A stretch of DNA of 64,000 nucleotides from a bacterium (GTDB taxonomy: Bacteria > UBA8248): positions 4,096,001 through 4,160,000 of the forward strand of contig OZ244799.1 in assembly GCA_965219955.1 (NCBI GenBank), in the 5' to 3' direction. The notes beneath the pieces are model-generated. The model ran no database searches. It saw only the letters and a list, made by a program, of their open reading frames with translations, and was not told where the DNA came from. A program made the translations under genes and the position numbers. Below are positions 1-10,506 of the stretch, piece by piece. The number at the start of each line of letters is the position of its first letter. Positions within the stretch are counted from its first letter, which is position 1.

Positions 1-278
1 CCGAGGATGCGGATTATATCGGCGTAGGCCCTGTATATGCGACGGGGAGCAAGGCCGATGCGAGAACGCCGATCGGGCCGGAAGGATTCCGGCGGATTAT
101 CGAACACGCCCCCGGCTTGCCCGCCGTCGCCATCGGGGGAATCGGCGTCGAGAACGTGGAGCCCGTCATCGAAGCCGGCGCCTCCGGCGTCGCCGTTATC
201 GGCGCGGTGATGGGGGCGTCCGACCCGGGGGCAGCGACCCGGGAGTTGCGCAATCGCATCGAGAGGGCGAGAGGGTGA
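1..278 (+). CDS. thiE: Thiamine-phosphate synthase, C-terminal part (truncated by window edge)
   Basis: Frame from nt 3 reads [16 protein letters not shown]...[11 protein letters not shown]...[12 protein letters not shown]; stop TGA 276-278 overlaps the thiL GTG. Confidence 0.92.
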   Translation, partial: EDADYIGVGPVYATGSKADARTPIGPEGFRRIIEHAPGLPAVAIGGIGVENVEPVIEAGASGVAVIGAVMGASDPGAATRELRNRIERARG

Positions 279-1303
279 ACGGCGAATCAGCGAGAGAGAT
301 TGGCGAATTCGCCCTGATAGAGCGCCTCAGAAATAAACTCGGCTCGGTCGGAAACGACGCGGACGTCATCGTCGGCAACGGGGATGATGCGGCCGTCATC
401 AGGGCGGGGGATGGAAAATGCTGGGTCGTGACGTGCGATGCGCAGGTGAGCGGCGTGCATTTCCCGTCCACGGGGGATGTTTCCGGTTTCGCCGCGGGCT
501 ACAAGTCGCTGGCCGTGAACGTGAGCGATGTGGCGGCCATGGGAGGAAAGCCGCGCTTCGCGCTCATCTCGCTGGGCATACCCGAGGAGACGTCCGTTTT
601 GTTTCTGGATGACGTGTATGGCGGGGTTCGCGCGCTCTCGGAGCAGTACGATATTTTGGTTCTGGGGGGAAACGTCACGCGGACGAGTGGTCCTTTGTTC
701 GTCGACGTGTTCCTCGTCGGCGAGGTGATGGAGGAGAAGGTGCTTCGCCGAAGCGGCGCCCGTCCGGGGGACCGGATTCTGGTGACGGGATATTTGGGCG
801 ATGCCGCCGCGGGACTGCATTTATTGTCCGGGTCTCAAACACGAGTCCGGGAAGACTTGTATGCCTCGCTCACGCGCGCGCAGCTGGAACCGCAGCCCCG
901 GGTTGCGGAGGCTGTAATTATCGCGGAATCGGGGCTGGCGACCTCCATGATGGACATCAGCGATGGTCTGGCGGGTGATATCCGTCACCTGTGTGAGGCG
1001 AGCGGGGTGGGCGCGCTCCTCTGGGAATCCGAACTGCCCGTCTCCGGTACGCTGTCCGAAGTCGCGTCGCTCGCCGCGAAAAAGCCTCTCGAATGGGCGC
1101 TGCACGGCGGAGAGGACTACGAACTTCTCGTCACGACGCCCGCTGAATCCGTAAGAGCGCTTCAGGAAGTCGTCCGGCAATCGAGAGGGGCGCCGCTTAC
1201 GCCCATCGGAGAAATCCTGCCGGCCCCACAGGGGATTTCTCTCAAACGCGCAGACGGGATTTCCGCGCTGGAAAACTTCGCCTGGGAGCATTTTTCCGCC
1301 TGA
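275..1303 (+). CDS. thiL: Thiamine-monophosphate kinase
   Basis: [37 protein letters not shown] motifs; follows thiE. Confidence 0.95.
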   Translation: MNGESAREIGEFALIERLRNKLGSVGNDADVIVGNGDDAAVIRAGDGKCWVVTCDAQVSGVHFPSTGDVSGFAAGYKSLAVNVSDVAAMGGKPRFALISLGIPEETSVLFLDDVYGGVRALSEQYDILVLGGNVTRTSGPLFVDVFLVGEVMEEKVLRRSGARPGDRILVTGYLGDAAAGLHLLSGSQTRVREDLYASLTRAQLEPQPRVAEAVIIAESGLATSMMDISDGLAGDIRHLCEASGVGALLWESELPVSGTLSEVASLAAKKPLEWALHGGEDYELLVTTPAESVRALQEVVRQSRGAPLTPIGEILPAPQGISLKRADGISALENFAWEHFSA

Positions 1304-1558
1304 AAGTTTTCGTCATGACTGGGTGGCGCACCGCATGAGCCGGGCGCTCCTATTTTGAGAGCTGATCCCCTGCGAGAGCGGGACCCTGGAATTTGCCCTT
1401 CGCCTCGGCCACGTCCGGGAGAACTTGTAAAGACGTTTTTTGCTATCATCCCGATGCCGGGGAGCGCGCGTTGAATTTCATCAGGATTCCTTGACAGACT
1501 GCACCGCGCCTTTGCAAAGTTCATACTTTCGTAAAAATCTTCTTGGCTTTTACTCAGG

Positions 1559-2809
1559 ATGGGGATGATGAACGCACAGGGACCATTGAAGGGAATTCGC
1601 GTGTTGGACTTGTCCCGGATTCTCGCCGGGCCCTTCTGCACCACGATGCTCTCCGATCTGGGTGCGGAAATCATCAAGCTCGAATCTCCCGGAAACGGCG
1701 ATGAAACCCGCACCTGGGGTCCTCCGTTCGAGAAGGGAGAGAGCGCCTATTTTTTGGGCGTGAACCGCGGCAAGAAGAGTATCGTGGTCGACCTCAAAAA
1801 AAGCGAAGGCCTCGAGGTCGCCTGCGCCATTGCAAAAAAGGCGGACGTGGTTGTCGAGAATTTTCGACCGGGCGTCGTGGATCGCCTGGGCGTCGGGTAT
1901 GAGGCGCTGTCCGCCTTGAACCCTCGACTGATATACGTTTCCGTCTCCGGCTTCGGGCAGACGGGCCCGTATCGGGAGCGCTCGGGTTTTGACATCGTCG
2001 GCCAGGCGATGAGCGGCATCATGAGCGCAACGGGCGAACCGGACGGCGGACCTTGCAAGGCCGGGGTTCCGCTCAGCGACCTCACGGCGGGGATGTGGGC
2101 GGCTTACAGCGTAAGCAGCGCGTTGTTCGCCAGGGAGAAGACGGGCAGGGGGCAATACATCGATCTGTCCCTTCTCGACAGCAGCGTGTCGCTGCTCACC
2201 AACCTGAGCGGCTGCTATTTCATGGATGGCAGCATGAGCGAGCGGTGGGGTTCGGCCCATTTTCAAATCGTCCCCTATCAGGCGCTCAAGGCCAAGGATA
2301 AGGAAATCATCATCGGTGTGACGAGCGATCGGTTCTGGGGTTATTTCTGCGACATCATCGAGGCTCCTGAGTTGGCGAATGACCCGAGGTTCGTCGACAT
2401 CCCCAGCCGCGCGAAAAATCGCGAGCAGCTCATCCCCATATTGGAGCGGTATCTCTCAAGGCGAAACGGGAATGAATGGCTGAAATTACTGGAGGAAAAA
2501 GGGATTCCCTGCGGCCCGGTTTATGATGTCGGCGAAGCGCTCGAGGATGAGCAGGTTCGCCACAGAGAGATGGTGGTGGAAACGGAACATTCGCTTCTGG
2601 GTAAAATGAACACCACCGGCGTTCCTCCCAAATTCTCCGAGCATCCGGGCAAGGTGCAGGGGCCGGCCCCTTTGCACGGGGAACATACACGCGAAGTGTT
2701 GTCCGAAATTCTAGGGTGGAATGATGAAAGAATAGAAGAGTTGGTTCGAGGCAATGTGGTTTCAGATCCTAAGCCCAGATCGGAGATTGGAATTCCCCTG
2801 GAAGATTGA
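1559..2809 (+). CDS. CaiB/BaiF family (class III) CoA-transferase
   Basis: LKGIRVLDLSRILAGP, NRGKKS, ENFRPG, SGFGQTGP motifs; start may be 1565 or 1568. Confidence 0.93.
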   Translation: MGMMNAQGPLKGIRVLDLSRILAGPFCTTMLSDLGAEIIKLESPGNGDETRTWGPPFEKGESAYFLGVNRGKKSIVVDLKKSEGLEVACAIAKKADVVVENFRPGVVDRLGVGYEALSALNPRLIYVSVSGFGQTGPYRERSGFDIVGQAMSGIMSATGEPDGGPCKAGVPLSDLTAGMWAAYSVSSALFAREKTGRGQYIDLSLLDSSVSLLTNLSGCYFMDGSMSERWGSAHFQIVPYQALKAKDKEIIIGVTSDRFWGYFCDIIEAPELANDPRFVDIPSRAKNREQLIPILERYLSRRNGNEWLKLLEEKGIPCGPVYDVGEALEDEQVRHREMVVETEHSLLGKMNTTGVPPKFSEHPGKVQGPAPLHGEHTREVLSEILGWNDERIEELVRGNVVSDPKPRSEIGIPLED

Positions 2810-2827
2810 GGACTCTTGATGAGCGCC

Positions 2828-3985
2828 TCATTTTGAAGACAGCCTTTCTATCAACCCCCCGAGCAGCGCGCCTCTCGGGGCGATCGAATCGAGTTCCAGG
2901 TATTCCTCGTCCGTATGCAAATTTCCACCTACGGGCCCCAGACCATCGAGAACGGCGACCCCGAGCGGGGAGAGATAATTCCCGTCGGACCCTCCGCCGC
3001 TGGGTGCGTGCATGAATTCGACGCCCGCATCCTCGGCGATTTCCGCCGCGATGGAGACGAGTCTTTTCGTTCCGGCGTTGAACTCCATGACGGGCCTCCC
3101 GCCCAGTTCCTGAAATTCCGAGTGCGTTCCTTCGATGTGGGGGCTGGAGGTAATGCGGCGCAACTCGTCCGTCATGGAATCGAAAATCGCTTGTCGTTCC
3201 GCGCGCATCTCGACGTGGCAGGAAGCCTCGTCCGCCACGATGTGCGGCCGGCGTCCGCCCGAGAGACCGGTGATGTTGACTGTCCCTCCCGCGCGCTCGA
3301 GATTCTGAATGGCCACCATTTGGTGGGCGAGCTCGTGGACGGCGCTTCTGCCTTTTTCAGGGTCGACGCCCGCGTGGGCCGAGACGCCGCTGACGCGCAA
3401 TCTTCCGAAGCAACTCCCTTTCCTCGAGGAGACGATGGAGCCGTTCGCGCGGCCGGACTCGATGATCAACGCGGCAGCGGCGTCTTTGCCGACTCGCTCT
3501 ATCACTTCCCTCGAAGAGGGGTTCCCGCGTTCTTCATCGGTGTCGTATAAGACACTGATTTTCCCGAACTCCTCGAACCCTTCTGCGAGCAGCGCCTCCA
3601 TCACGAATTGGCATGTCACAAGACACCCCTTCATGTCGGCCACCCCGGGACCATAGGCGATATCGTCTTTTATGGTGAACGGTCTTTGCGCGGCGGTTCC
3701 CTCGGAGAAAACGGTGTCGCAATGGCCGATCAGGAATATATGTGGGCCGATTTCCCTTTTGCCTTGAAACGTCGCCAGAAGGTGATCCCCCGTTTCATGC
3801 GTGCCGGGAATCATCTCTATGTCAGCTCCCATGGCGCGATATTTTTCTGCGAAATGGGAGGAGACGGTGTTCGTTCCCTTGCCGGGAAACGTCGGGGAAT
3901 CGATGCTCACCACGTGGGCGATTTGTTCGATGATTTCCTCTTGTCTGGCTTCAAGCGCATTTCTGATGGTGGCCGCGCCGATCAT
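2828..3985 (-). CDS. M20 family metallopeptidase (glutamate carboxypeptidase-like)
   Basis: GHCDTV, GPGVADMKG, DEERG, GGGSDGN, H-TDEEY motifs; ATG 3985 overlaps the yqeC stop (ATGA). Confidence 0.9.
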   Translation of the reverse strand: MIGAATIRNALEARQEEIIEQIAHVVSIDSPTFPGKGTNTVSSHFAEKYRAMGADIEMIPGTHETGDHLLATFQGKREIGPHIFLIGHCDTVFSEGTAAQRPFTIKDDIAYGPGVADMKGCLVTCQFVMEALLAEGFEEFGKISVLYDTDEERGNPSSREVIERVGKDAAAALIIESGRANGSIVSSRKGSCFGRLRVSGVSAHAGVDPEKGRSAVHELAHQMVAIQNLERAGGTVNITGLSGGRRPHIVADEASCHVEMRAERQAIFDSMTDELRRITSSPHIEGTHSEFQELGGRPVMEFNAGTKRLVSIAAEIAEDAGVEFMHAPSGGGSDGNYLSPLGVAVLDGLGPVGGNLHTDEEYLELDSIAPRGALLGGLIERLSSK

Positions 3986-4767
3986 TTGTGTACTCTCCCG
4001 CGATAAAATTTTCCCGCGATGGAATCTCCCGCGAGCAGGTAATCGTAAATGCCGCCGGGTACGGCCTCGAATATCGTTTGAGCTTCCTGAAGGGCTTCCC
4101 GGGAAGTACAATGGCTCAGGTAGAGTATCCGCTTTGCGCCTCCGGGAAACCGGCTCGGGTAGCTCTCCGGATGACTCGCCAATCTCGCCAGATGATGCGC
4201 TCCGATAACTTCCCCGGCCGCCAAGCCTGCGACGGCGCGAACTTTTTCCATGCGGTGGACGATTCGCTCATCCGCTCTTCGCCCGATGGCGGCGAGTCCC
4301 AGCACGAGTACGCAATGCGTCGCTCCTTCGGGAATGACCGGCTCACCCGGTCCCGGGGCCTTGATGAGCCGTTTCCTCGCGCCATCGGTTTTCACGACCA
4401 TCACGCCGTGAAAACCCGAGGCGCGCAGAGCCTCCACCTGTCTCGCCTTGAGGCCGCGAAACATGTTCTGGGGCAGTTTTTTCTCCACCCAGACGACGGC
4501 GCCGCGCCGCGACCAGTCCTGAGCGACGGATTGCAGTTCAGCGCGTCCCTCCTCGCTCAACAGCACCGGCGGCGCGTCTTCGACTCCCAGGGCGTGGAGG
4601 TTCGTCGTGCTGGTGATGATGACGGGAAACGGCTCATCGAGCATCTCCTGGATGAGCCGCTTCATGAGCGTGGCCTTGCCGCCGGCGCCCATGACGCAGA
4701 CCATATCGCCGGGGGCGATGTCCATCAGCGGGCGCAGCTTTTGCGAAGAAAATGGCTCCATGGGCAT
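3982..4767 (-). CDS. yqeC: Selenium cofactor (Se-dependent hydroxylase accessory) protein YqeC-like
   Basis: GAGGKATLM...STT and DGARKRLIKAPGPGEPVIP motifs; start chosen at ATG 4767, just after the ADH stop. Confidence 0.8.
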   Translation of the reverse strand: MPMEPFSSQKLRPLMDIAPGDMVCVMGAGGKATLMKRLIQEMLDEPFPVIITSTTNLHALGVEDAPPVLLSEEGRAELQSVAQDWSRRGAVVWVEKKLPQNMFRGLKARQVEALRASGFHGVMVVKTDGARKRLIKAPGPGEPVIPEGATHCVLVLGLAAIGRRADERIVHRMEKVRAVAGLAAGEVIGAHHLARLASHPESYPSRFPGGAKRILYLSHCTSREALQEAQTIFEAVPGGIYDYLLAGDSIAGKFYRGRVHK

Positions 4768-4769
4768 CT

Positions 4770-5918
4770 TCAAGCCGCGGCGCGGTAGATTCTCTCGATG
4801 TCCTCGAGCGTGAGTTCTTTGGGATTGCAGCTTAAAAGACGTTCCAGCTTGAAAGCGGCTTCGGCCAACTCCGGGATGGCGTGTGCGGGCACGTCCACTT
4901 CGCCGAGCCGGGTAGGCACCCCGCAGTCGCGACAAAGTTTCTCGACCGCGCCGACGGAAAGCCCGGCAGCTTCAGCCGTGGACATGCCATCCGTGGATTC
5001 GCCCAGGATCCGGGCGATGCGGGCGAATTTCTCCGGCGCCGCCGCATGGTTTTCCTTCATGACGTGGGAGAACATCAGCGAGTTGCTGACCCCGTGGGGA
5101 ATGTGGAACCGCGAGCCGAGCGGATACGCCAGGGCATGAATGGCGCCCGCCCCGGCTCCCGCGAGCGCGACGCCGCCATAGTATGAACCCAGGGTCATGT
5201 CGGTTCTTGCCTCGATGTCGCTTCCGTCGTCACATACGCGCCTCAAGGAGCGGGCGATGAGTTTCATGCCCTCCAGGCTGTACATCTCGCTCAGTGGCGT
5301 GGCGTTTCTGGCCACGTAGGTTTCCAGGCAATGCGTGAAGGCGTCCACACCGGCGGCGGAGGTTACTTTCGGCGGGGCGGAGAGCGTGAGATTCGGGTCG
5401 ACGATGGCGGCGAACGGGATGACGTGCGTGCTCACGATGGCCAGTTTCACCTGCTCTTCCGGTACCGAGAAGATGGCGTTGGGCGTGGCCTCGGCGCCCG
5501 TTCCGCTCGTGGTGGGCGCCAGGATGGTGGAAAGGCCCGGTTTCGGCACGAGTTCTATGCCCAGGTAATCCCTGGGCGCGCCGTCGTTTCCCAGCAGAAC
5601 GCCGATGGATTTCGCCATGTCCATCGAACTGCCGCCCCCGACCCCGACGACGAGGTCGAAAGAACCGTTTTTGAACTCATCGAACGCTTGCTCCAGGTCG
5701 CCGATGGCGGGTTCGGGCGGACACTCATCGTAAATCGTGACTTGCACGCCAGCCTCTTCGAGAGGAGCCAGCGCCATGTCCGCTACGCCCGCGCCCCTCA
5801 CACCCTTGTCCGTGAAGAAAAGCGCATTGCGGGCGCCCAGAAATTCCGCTTCATCCTTGATTTTCGCTATGGTTCCAAGGCCGAACCAGGTTCGTTTCGG
5901 GTGGCGTATGCTGTACAT
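4770..5918 (-). CDS. Iron-containing alcohol dehydrogenase
   Basis: GGGSSMD, PTTSGTGAE, DAFTHCLE, HALAYPL, HGVSN motifs. Confidence 0.93.
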   Translation of the reverse strand: MYSIRHPKRTWFGLGTIAKIKDEAEFLGARNALFFTDKGVRGAGVADMALAPLEEAGVQVTIYDECPPEPAIGDLEQAFDEFKNGSFDLVVGVGGGSSMDMAKSIGVLLGNDGAPRDYLGIELVPKPGLSTILAPTTSGTGAEATPNAIFSVPEEQVKLAIVSTHVIPFAAIVDPNLTLSAPPKVTSAAGVDAFTHCLETYVARNATPLSEMYSLEGMKLIARSLRRVCDDGSDIEARTDMTLGSYYGGVALAGAGAGAIHALAYPLGSRFHIPHGVSNSLMFSHVMKENHAAAPEKFARIARILGESTDGMSTAEAAGLSVGAVEKLCRDCGVPTRLGEVDVPAHAIPELAEAAFKLERLLSCNPKELTLEDIERIYRAAA

Positions 5919-6046
5919 GAGGCGAACTCCTTGCGCGTAAGCTCAATTATCGGAAAGTCATTTGTTCAGGATGCTTCCAACCCCGAGAGACGGCATTATC
6001 TCCATGCGCAGGGTCGGATGCAACGGATTCGGGGGAATTTCGTGAA

Positions 6047-7096
6047 TCAAGGCTTCCAGCGGCGGTTCATCAGAAGCCGCCATGCGTTCCGGTAGGCGAT
6101 GAGCTTTCTCGCGGGCGGGCTGATGTTTCCAAGCACGTTTTCACGGAAGAAGAGCGTCCTTCCCGCATAGGTCGCTGGATTGGCGGGAGAGGAGTCGTTC
6201 CCGGCGGTGAAATGCCCCACCCGCGCTTCGAGCAATGCTCTCCATTCGCGAGAGAAGGCTCCGCCCGGGTCGTAGAGGTGGTTTTTCCGTGGAACAGTTG
6301 CATCGGAGGCTGGGGGATCCTGGGTGAGGGTGAAGAGGAGGCCCGCGTGCCTCAGGCTCAGCGCCCGCAGGACGCCGTGCCCATAACCGGGTAACGCGCT
6401 CAAATTCAATATCCTGCCGGCTTGCGTCCAGATGATTCTCGCCTCGGGCGCCGCCCTCAACAGCCGCTCGATCAGTTCCAGGCCATCATCATCGGGCGGC
6501 ATGTCGAGAAGCAGGAAGCTGCGCGTTTGCGTCGCCAGACGGATGATTGCTCCCAAAGCCTCTCCAGCACGAGTCATTTGCGCCTTATCGGAGGAGGCGG
6601 GACGCCACGTGATCTTCCCGATCCCGAATGCGCCGCCCTCGAGTTGTCGTTTCATGCTGGATAAATAGGCCCCGCTGTCCTTCATCCAGTCATTCCGGGA
6701 GGCCGAGGTGGTGAGCGGTATCAATCGTCCGGGGTATTGCGCTACGGCTTTTTTGATGGCCTCCTCACGCGCCGAGGTGACCGCGCCCAACGCGACGCCC
6801 GCGCGGTTCATGCCCTCGATGAGCCCTGCCGCGCTCTTCCAGCGATCGAGCGAGATTTCGAGGTCGATCAGGGGATAGGGGCCGGACGCCAGATGCGTCT
6901 TGAGCGTGCGCTCATACAGCTCGACCCGCGCCTCGCGGTTTTGCATCACGTTCGATTTCAGTGCGTTAGGCGGTTTTGCGGCGTCGGAAATCCCGGCGGT
7001 GGAGAGTGGCCCGATCAGGAGCGGGAGCGAGAAGACGATGAGGCGAATCGCCCGTTTTCCCGCCCGGGCGGCTCCTCTGCGGCCCGTGAAAGCCAC
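6047..7096 (-). CDS. Exported protein with degenerate amidohydrolase-like TIM barrel
   Basis: N-terminal hydrophobic signal-like segment; GAFGIGKI and C-terminal KLIAYRNAWRL pattern; metal-binding His residues not evident. Confidence 0.5.
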   Translation of the reverse strand: MAFTGRRGAARAGKRAIRLIVFSLPLLIGPLSTAGISDAAKPPNALKSNVMQNREARVELYERTLKTHLASGPYPLIDLEISLDRWKSAAGLIEGMNRAGVALGAVTSAREEAIKKAVAQYPGRLIPLTTSASRNDWMKDSGAYLSSMKRQLEGGAFGIGKITWRPASSDKAQMTRAGEALGAIIRLATQTRSFLLLDMPPDDDGLELIERLLRAAPEARIIWTQAGRILNLSALPGYGHGVLRALSLRHAGLLFTLTQDPPASDATVPRKNHLYDPGGAFSREWRALLEARVGHFTAGNDSSPANPATYAGRTLFFRENVLGNISPPARKLIAYRNAWRLLMNRRWKP

Positions 7097-7102
7097 TTTC
7101 GT

Positions 7103-7822
7103 CTACTCGTTCACGATGGCGACGGCGCGGATGTGGGTCCCGGTGGCGCCTTGCCAGTGAAGCGGCAGGACGCTCGCCGTGAACCCGTGGGCCGCGGGGA
7201 TGGCGTCCAGGTTGCAGAGGTTCTCGATGTGCCAGTACTCGCGTGTCTGGAAGAGGCGGTGGCACGGCCAGGGGTCTTTGCGCTCCAGCATCTCCTTGAT
7301 GGGCAAGTCGAAGCCCGGCGCGTCGATGCCCATCACGCTCACGCCCTGGTCGATGAGCCACTCCGCGCTATCGCCCACCATGCCGGGGTGGTCCGTCAGG
7401 TAGCGCGGCTCGTCGTTGTAGGCGGCCGCCCCCGTCCAGAGGAAGACGATCTCACCGCCCCGGATCGTGTAGTTCTCCTTCGCGAGAGCATCTTGTAAAT
7501 CACTGATTTCAATGGCCTCACCCGGTTTCTTGCCCCGCATGTCGAGCCTGAGACCCGGCCCGTAGCACTTGTCCAGCGGGATGTCCTCGGACCACGAATC
7601 GTTCCTGCCGCCGTGGCTTCTCGCGTCGATGTGGGTGCCGCAATGCTCGCTGAAGATGCACACACTGTGGGCGAACAACTCGGGGAAGCCCATCTTGTCG
7701 GTCCCGATGCGCGTGGCGGACTCGAAGGTCGTCTCTATCATCTGGATGACGGGCTGCGGCGTGCCCGGATAGCGCTCCATCCACATGTGGACGGGCATGG
7801 ACAGGTCGATAATTTCAGGCAT
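7103..7822 (-). CDS. Cyclase family (kynurenine formamidase-like) protein
   Basis: IDLSMP, EHCGTHIDA, GIDAPGFD, HIENLCNL motifs. Confidence 0.9.
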   Translation of the reverse strand: MPEIIDLSMPVHMWMERYPGTPQPVIQMIETTFESATRIGTDKMGFPELFAHSVCIFSEHCGTHIDARSHGGRNDSWSEDIPLDKCYGPGLRLDMRGKKPGEAIEISDLQDALAKENYTIRGGEIVFLWTGAAAYNDEPRYLTDHPGMVGDSAEWLIDQGVSVMGIDAPGFDLPIKEMLERKDPWPCHRLFQTREYWHIENLCNLDAIPAAHGFTASVLPLHWQGATGTHIRAVAIVNE

Positions 7823-8212
7823 TTGCTCGCATCTCCTCTCGTTTCGTCGCATTTCCCGGTTTCATGCGGGCGGCGGATGCGCCTAATATACATCATCGCG
7901 CCCGGGGAAAAACCCCCCGGCCCGCCCCCGTTTCCCACCGGTTTTATTTTCAGAAAAACGTCGTGAATTTACCGGAATTTATCTTATTGTATCGAATTTT
8001 CCGGATATAAAACCCGGGCGATGGGGGGCCGTTGAAAAAGCCCCGAAAAGGAGAGGTTGACCTGACTGATCCGGGAAGGCGTACTGAACTCGTTTTTGCT
8101 CGTCACTCCCGGAATTGCAGGGTAATTCTGCTACCCCCACAAGGGGGGAGCGAATTGAGATTACTCAACGAGGAGTGACGGCAGCCTGCGCTGTCTAATC
8201 ATTCAGCCACGC

Positions 8213-8797
8213 CTACTTGAGCAGCGCCGCTTTCAGCCGCTTATAAACTTCCGTGCCCCTGAGCGCTGCGTTCTCTTTCGCATAGTCCCAGGGCGTCTTG
8301 CCGGATTTGTTTCTTGCCGCAGGGTTCGCGCCCGCATCGAGCAGCGCCGCCACGACCGCAGCTGCCTTGCTCTCCCGCGCCGCGGTGTGCAGAGGCGTTT
8401 GCTTGAACTTGTCCCGAATGTTCACTTTGGCGCCCGCCTTCACCAGCGCCTGGACTATCGCCGGCGTTCTGCCGAACGCAGCGGCCGCGTGCAGGGGCGT
8501 CGTTCTCTTGTAGAGATTCCGCGCGTTGGGATCCGCCCCCGCCTTCACGAGCGCCTCGATGACCGCCGGGTTCCTGCCGTAAGCCGCCGCATTGTGCAGG
8601 GGGGTGTCTCCGCTGAATACGCTCCGCGAGACCGGGTTCTCCCCGGCCTTGATGCACCGGGCGATATCCTTTGCGCCTGCGCGCTCGAAGAAGGCTTGCG
8701 TGTTCCAGTCGCCGCACGAAGCCCCCGCCGCCGTCGCGGGCGCCGCGCCCGTCCACGCCATGAGCCACAGGCACAGCATCACCAGGAGTGGCTTCAT
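8213..8797 (-). CDS. Secreted ankyrin-repeat protein
   Basis: Signal peptide followed by three TPLH-xAA ankyrin repeats and a terminal TPWDYA. Confidence 0.9.
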   Translation of the reverse strand: MKPLLVMLCLWLMAWTGAAPATAAGASCGDWNTQAFFERAGAKDIARCIKAGENPVSRSVFSGDTPLHNAAAYGRNPAVIEALVKAGADPNARNLYKRTTPLHAAAAFGRTPAIVQALVKAGAKVNIRDKFKQTPLHTAARESKAAAVVAALLDAGANPAARNKSGKTPWDYAKENAALRGTEVYKRLKAALLK

Positions 8798-8983
8798 CTC
8801 CCCTGTCTCCTTCACTTCACGGAATCAAGCCGCCACGTTTCGCGGGTGGCGTCTTTGAGTTTGCCTGTCATTCCGGCATCCAAGCGGATGAGGAGCGAAC
8901 TGTCAATCCCGGTTTGGAAAGGAGGGTGCAGGTGATTACCGAAAGGTGTCGACCAATGGGAGCAGGCGATTTTGCTTTTGATT

Positions 8984-9500
8984 GTCATTCCGGCGCATGC
9001 CGGAATCCAGAGCTGATAAGGATGCCGACATCACAGGACGACCCATATAAACGATAAAATGAAAAGACGAAACCAGAGGCAAAGTCCCTGGATTCCGGCA
9101 TGCACCGGAATGACGGACAAAACCGCACCGCCTCATCCTGAGTAGCGGCGGAGCCGCGTATCGAAGGCCGAACGCGATTGATGAATGAGTGTTTGCTCTC
9201 GTCCCAGTGCGCCCCCTCGCCCTTCGATACAAACGCTCCTTTCTCAGTCGCGTTTTACCTTCGGCGGCTACTCAGGGTGAGGAAAGGGGGGTAGGGGGGT
9301 GCTTTTATCCCCTGACAAGGGCCGGCTTTTTCAACAACCCCTTGAGGGTCGAGCTTTCCCCCTCGGGAAGCTCGACGATGAAGCCGAGCGTTTTGTGCGA
9401 AGGCTGAATCGGTGGGAAGAGCTTTCGTAAGGGCGGACCCCTGTGTCCGCCCGGAACGTAAAGAGGGAGCCGGACAGGCACGGGGGCCTGTCCCTACGGG
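8984..9500. repeat. Intergenic mosaic of palindromic repeats (A: GTCATTCCGGC..GCCGGAATGAC; B: CTCATCCTGAGTAG..CTACTCAGGGTGAG; GTAG-REPs; TTTTCAACAACCCC end)
   Basis: A pair 8984-9114, B pair 9132-9281, REP hairpins ~9427-9497; same modules recur across the window. Confidence 0.85.
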
Positions 9501-9566
9501 ACTCTACAAGTGAATGATGTCGTCGTCAGAGATATATGTCCGCCACCCCTGTGGTCGTCCATAGCT

Positions 9567-9884
9567 CTACCGGACCGCGCGCACTTCGAGCCTGATCCCC
9601 TCGCGCTCCTGGAGCCGGGCGATGACGTCGAAGAGGTTCCGCGCCTGGGGATTGCCATCCGGCCCGAACATGCGCATGAGGCTCTTCGGCGATTTTCCGG
9701 TGAGTGCACCCAGGGTCTCGAAGCCGACCGTCGCGTTGATGAAATCGCGCAGGGCCGCCTTGGCCGTTTCCACCTCGCCCGAGAGGAGGCATTCGACGCC
9801 TTCTTTCAACAACTCCTCCCGGAAGGCCGGATCGCGCACGACCCTTGCCTGAATCGTTTCCCTGAAATCCCGCGTGAGTGGCAT
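9567..9884 (-). CDS. Type II TA antitoxin, HTH (addiction module antidote-like)
   Basis: MPLTRDFRET...GFETLGALTGKSPKSLMRMFGPDGNP; directly downstream of the toxin. Confidence 0.85.
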   Translation of the reverse strand: MPLTRDFRETIQARVVRDPAFREELLKEGVECLLSGEVETAKAALRDFINATVGFETLGALTGKSPKSLMRMFGPDGNPQARNLFDVIARLQEREGIRLEVRAVR

Positions 9885-9886
9885 GG

Positions 9887-10216
9887 TTAGTTCTCCTCGT
9901 GTATGCGGTATCTGTATTCCCGCCAAAGACTGCGGGCCAATTCAATGTCGGCTTGCTGGCGGCTTTTGGTTCCTCCTCCCAGGAGAATGATGAGGGTATC
10001 CCCATCTTTTCCGAAATAGATCCGGTAGCCGGGGCCGAAGTTGATTCTGTATTCGAACACGCCGCCGCCTACGCCCTTGGTGTTCGAGAGGTTTCCCTGC
10101 GCCATCCGAACAGTCGCCATTGCGACCTTGGCTGCAGCCTGGGCATTCAGCCGATTGAACCATCTGGCGTATGGACTGCGGCCAACGGCGTCGATGTACT
10201 CCCTTACCTCGATCAT
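9887..10216 (-). CDS. Type II TA toxin, RelE/HigB (addiction module killer) family
   Basis: GVFEYRINFGPGYRIYFG...LLGGGTKSRQQADI motif; toxin-first order. Confidence 0.9.
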   Translation of the reverse strand: MIEVREYIDAVGRSPYARWFNRLNAQAAAKVAMATVRMAQGNLSNTKGVGGGVFEYRINFGPGYRIYFGKDGDTLIILLGGGTKSRQQADIELARSLWREYRYRIHEEN

Positions 10217-10222
10217 TTGATA

Positions 10223-10251
10223 AAGGTAACTTATAAGTTACCATATGTCAA
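10223..10251 (-). promoter_or_regulatory. Sigma70 promoter with perfect 18-bp palindromic operator for the TA pair
   Basis: Minus strand TTGACA (10251-10246), 17 bp, TACCTT (10228-10223); palindrome GGTAACTTATAAGTTACC at 10225-10242. Confidence 0.75.
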
Positions 10252-10506
10252 TCCCTGGAGATGTGTTGCCGACCACGAAAGATATGGGAAGGCGTTTCTA
10301 ATCTACGGCTTTGCTCGTCATTCCGGCATTTCCTCCTTCCTCAGTCGGAAATGATGCCGGAACGACGGGGGGGCTTCCGTGTCGGCGGCGCATCGGTGCC
10401 ATGATTGCGGTTGTGATGGTGGATGATAGAATACACGATTAGAAAAACGCCGGATACGCGCGATGCGTTTGGCTCGTTCCAGCTTGTGGAACCCGAGGAG
10501 CAGCCC

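Noticed and set aside
8040-8200. Structured region as possible 6S RNA or riboswitch
   Set aside because: CGTCACTCC/GGAGTGACG arms and a poly-C/poly-G hairpin resemble the local repeat families; no diagnostic ncRNA motif recognised
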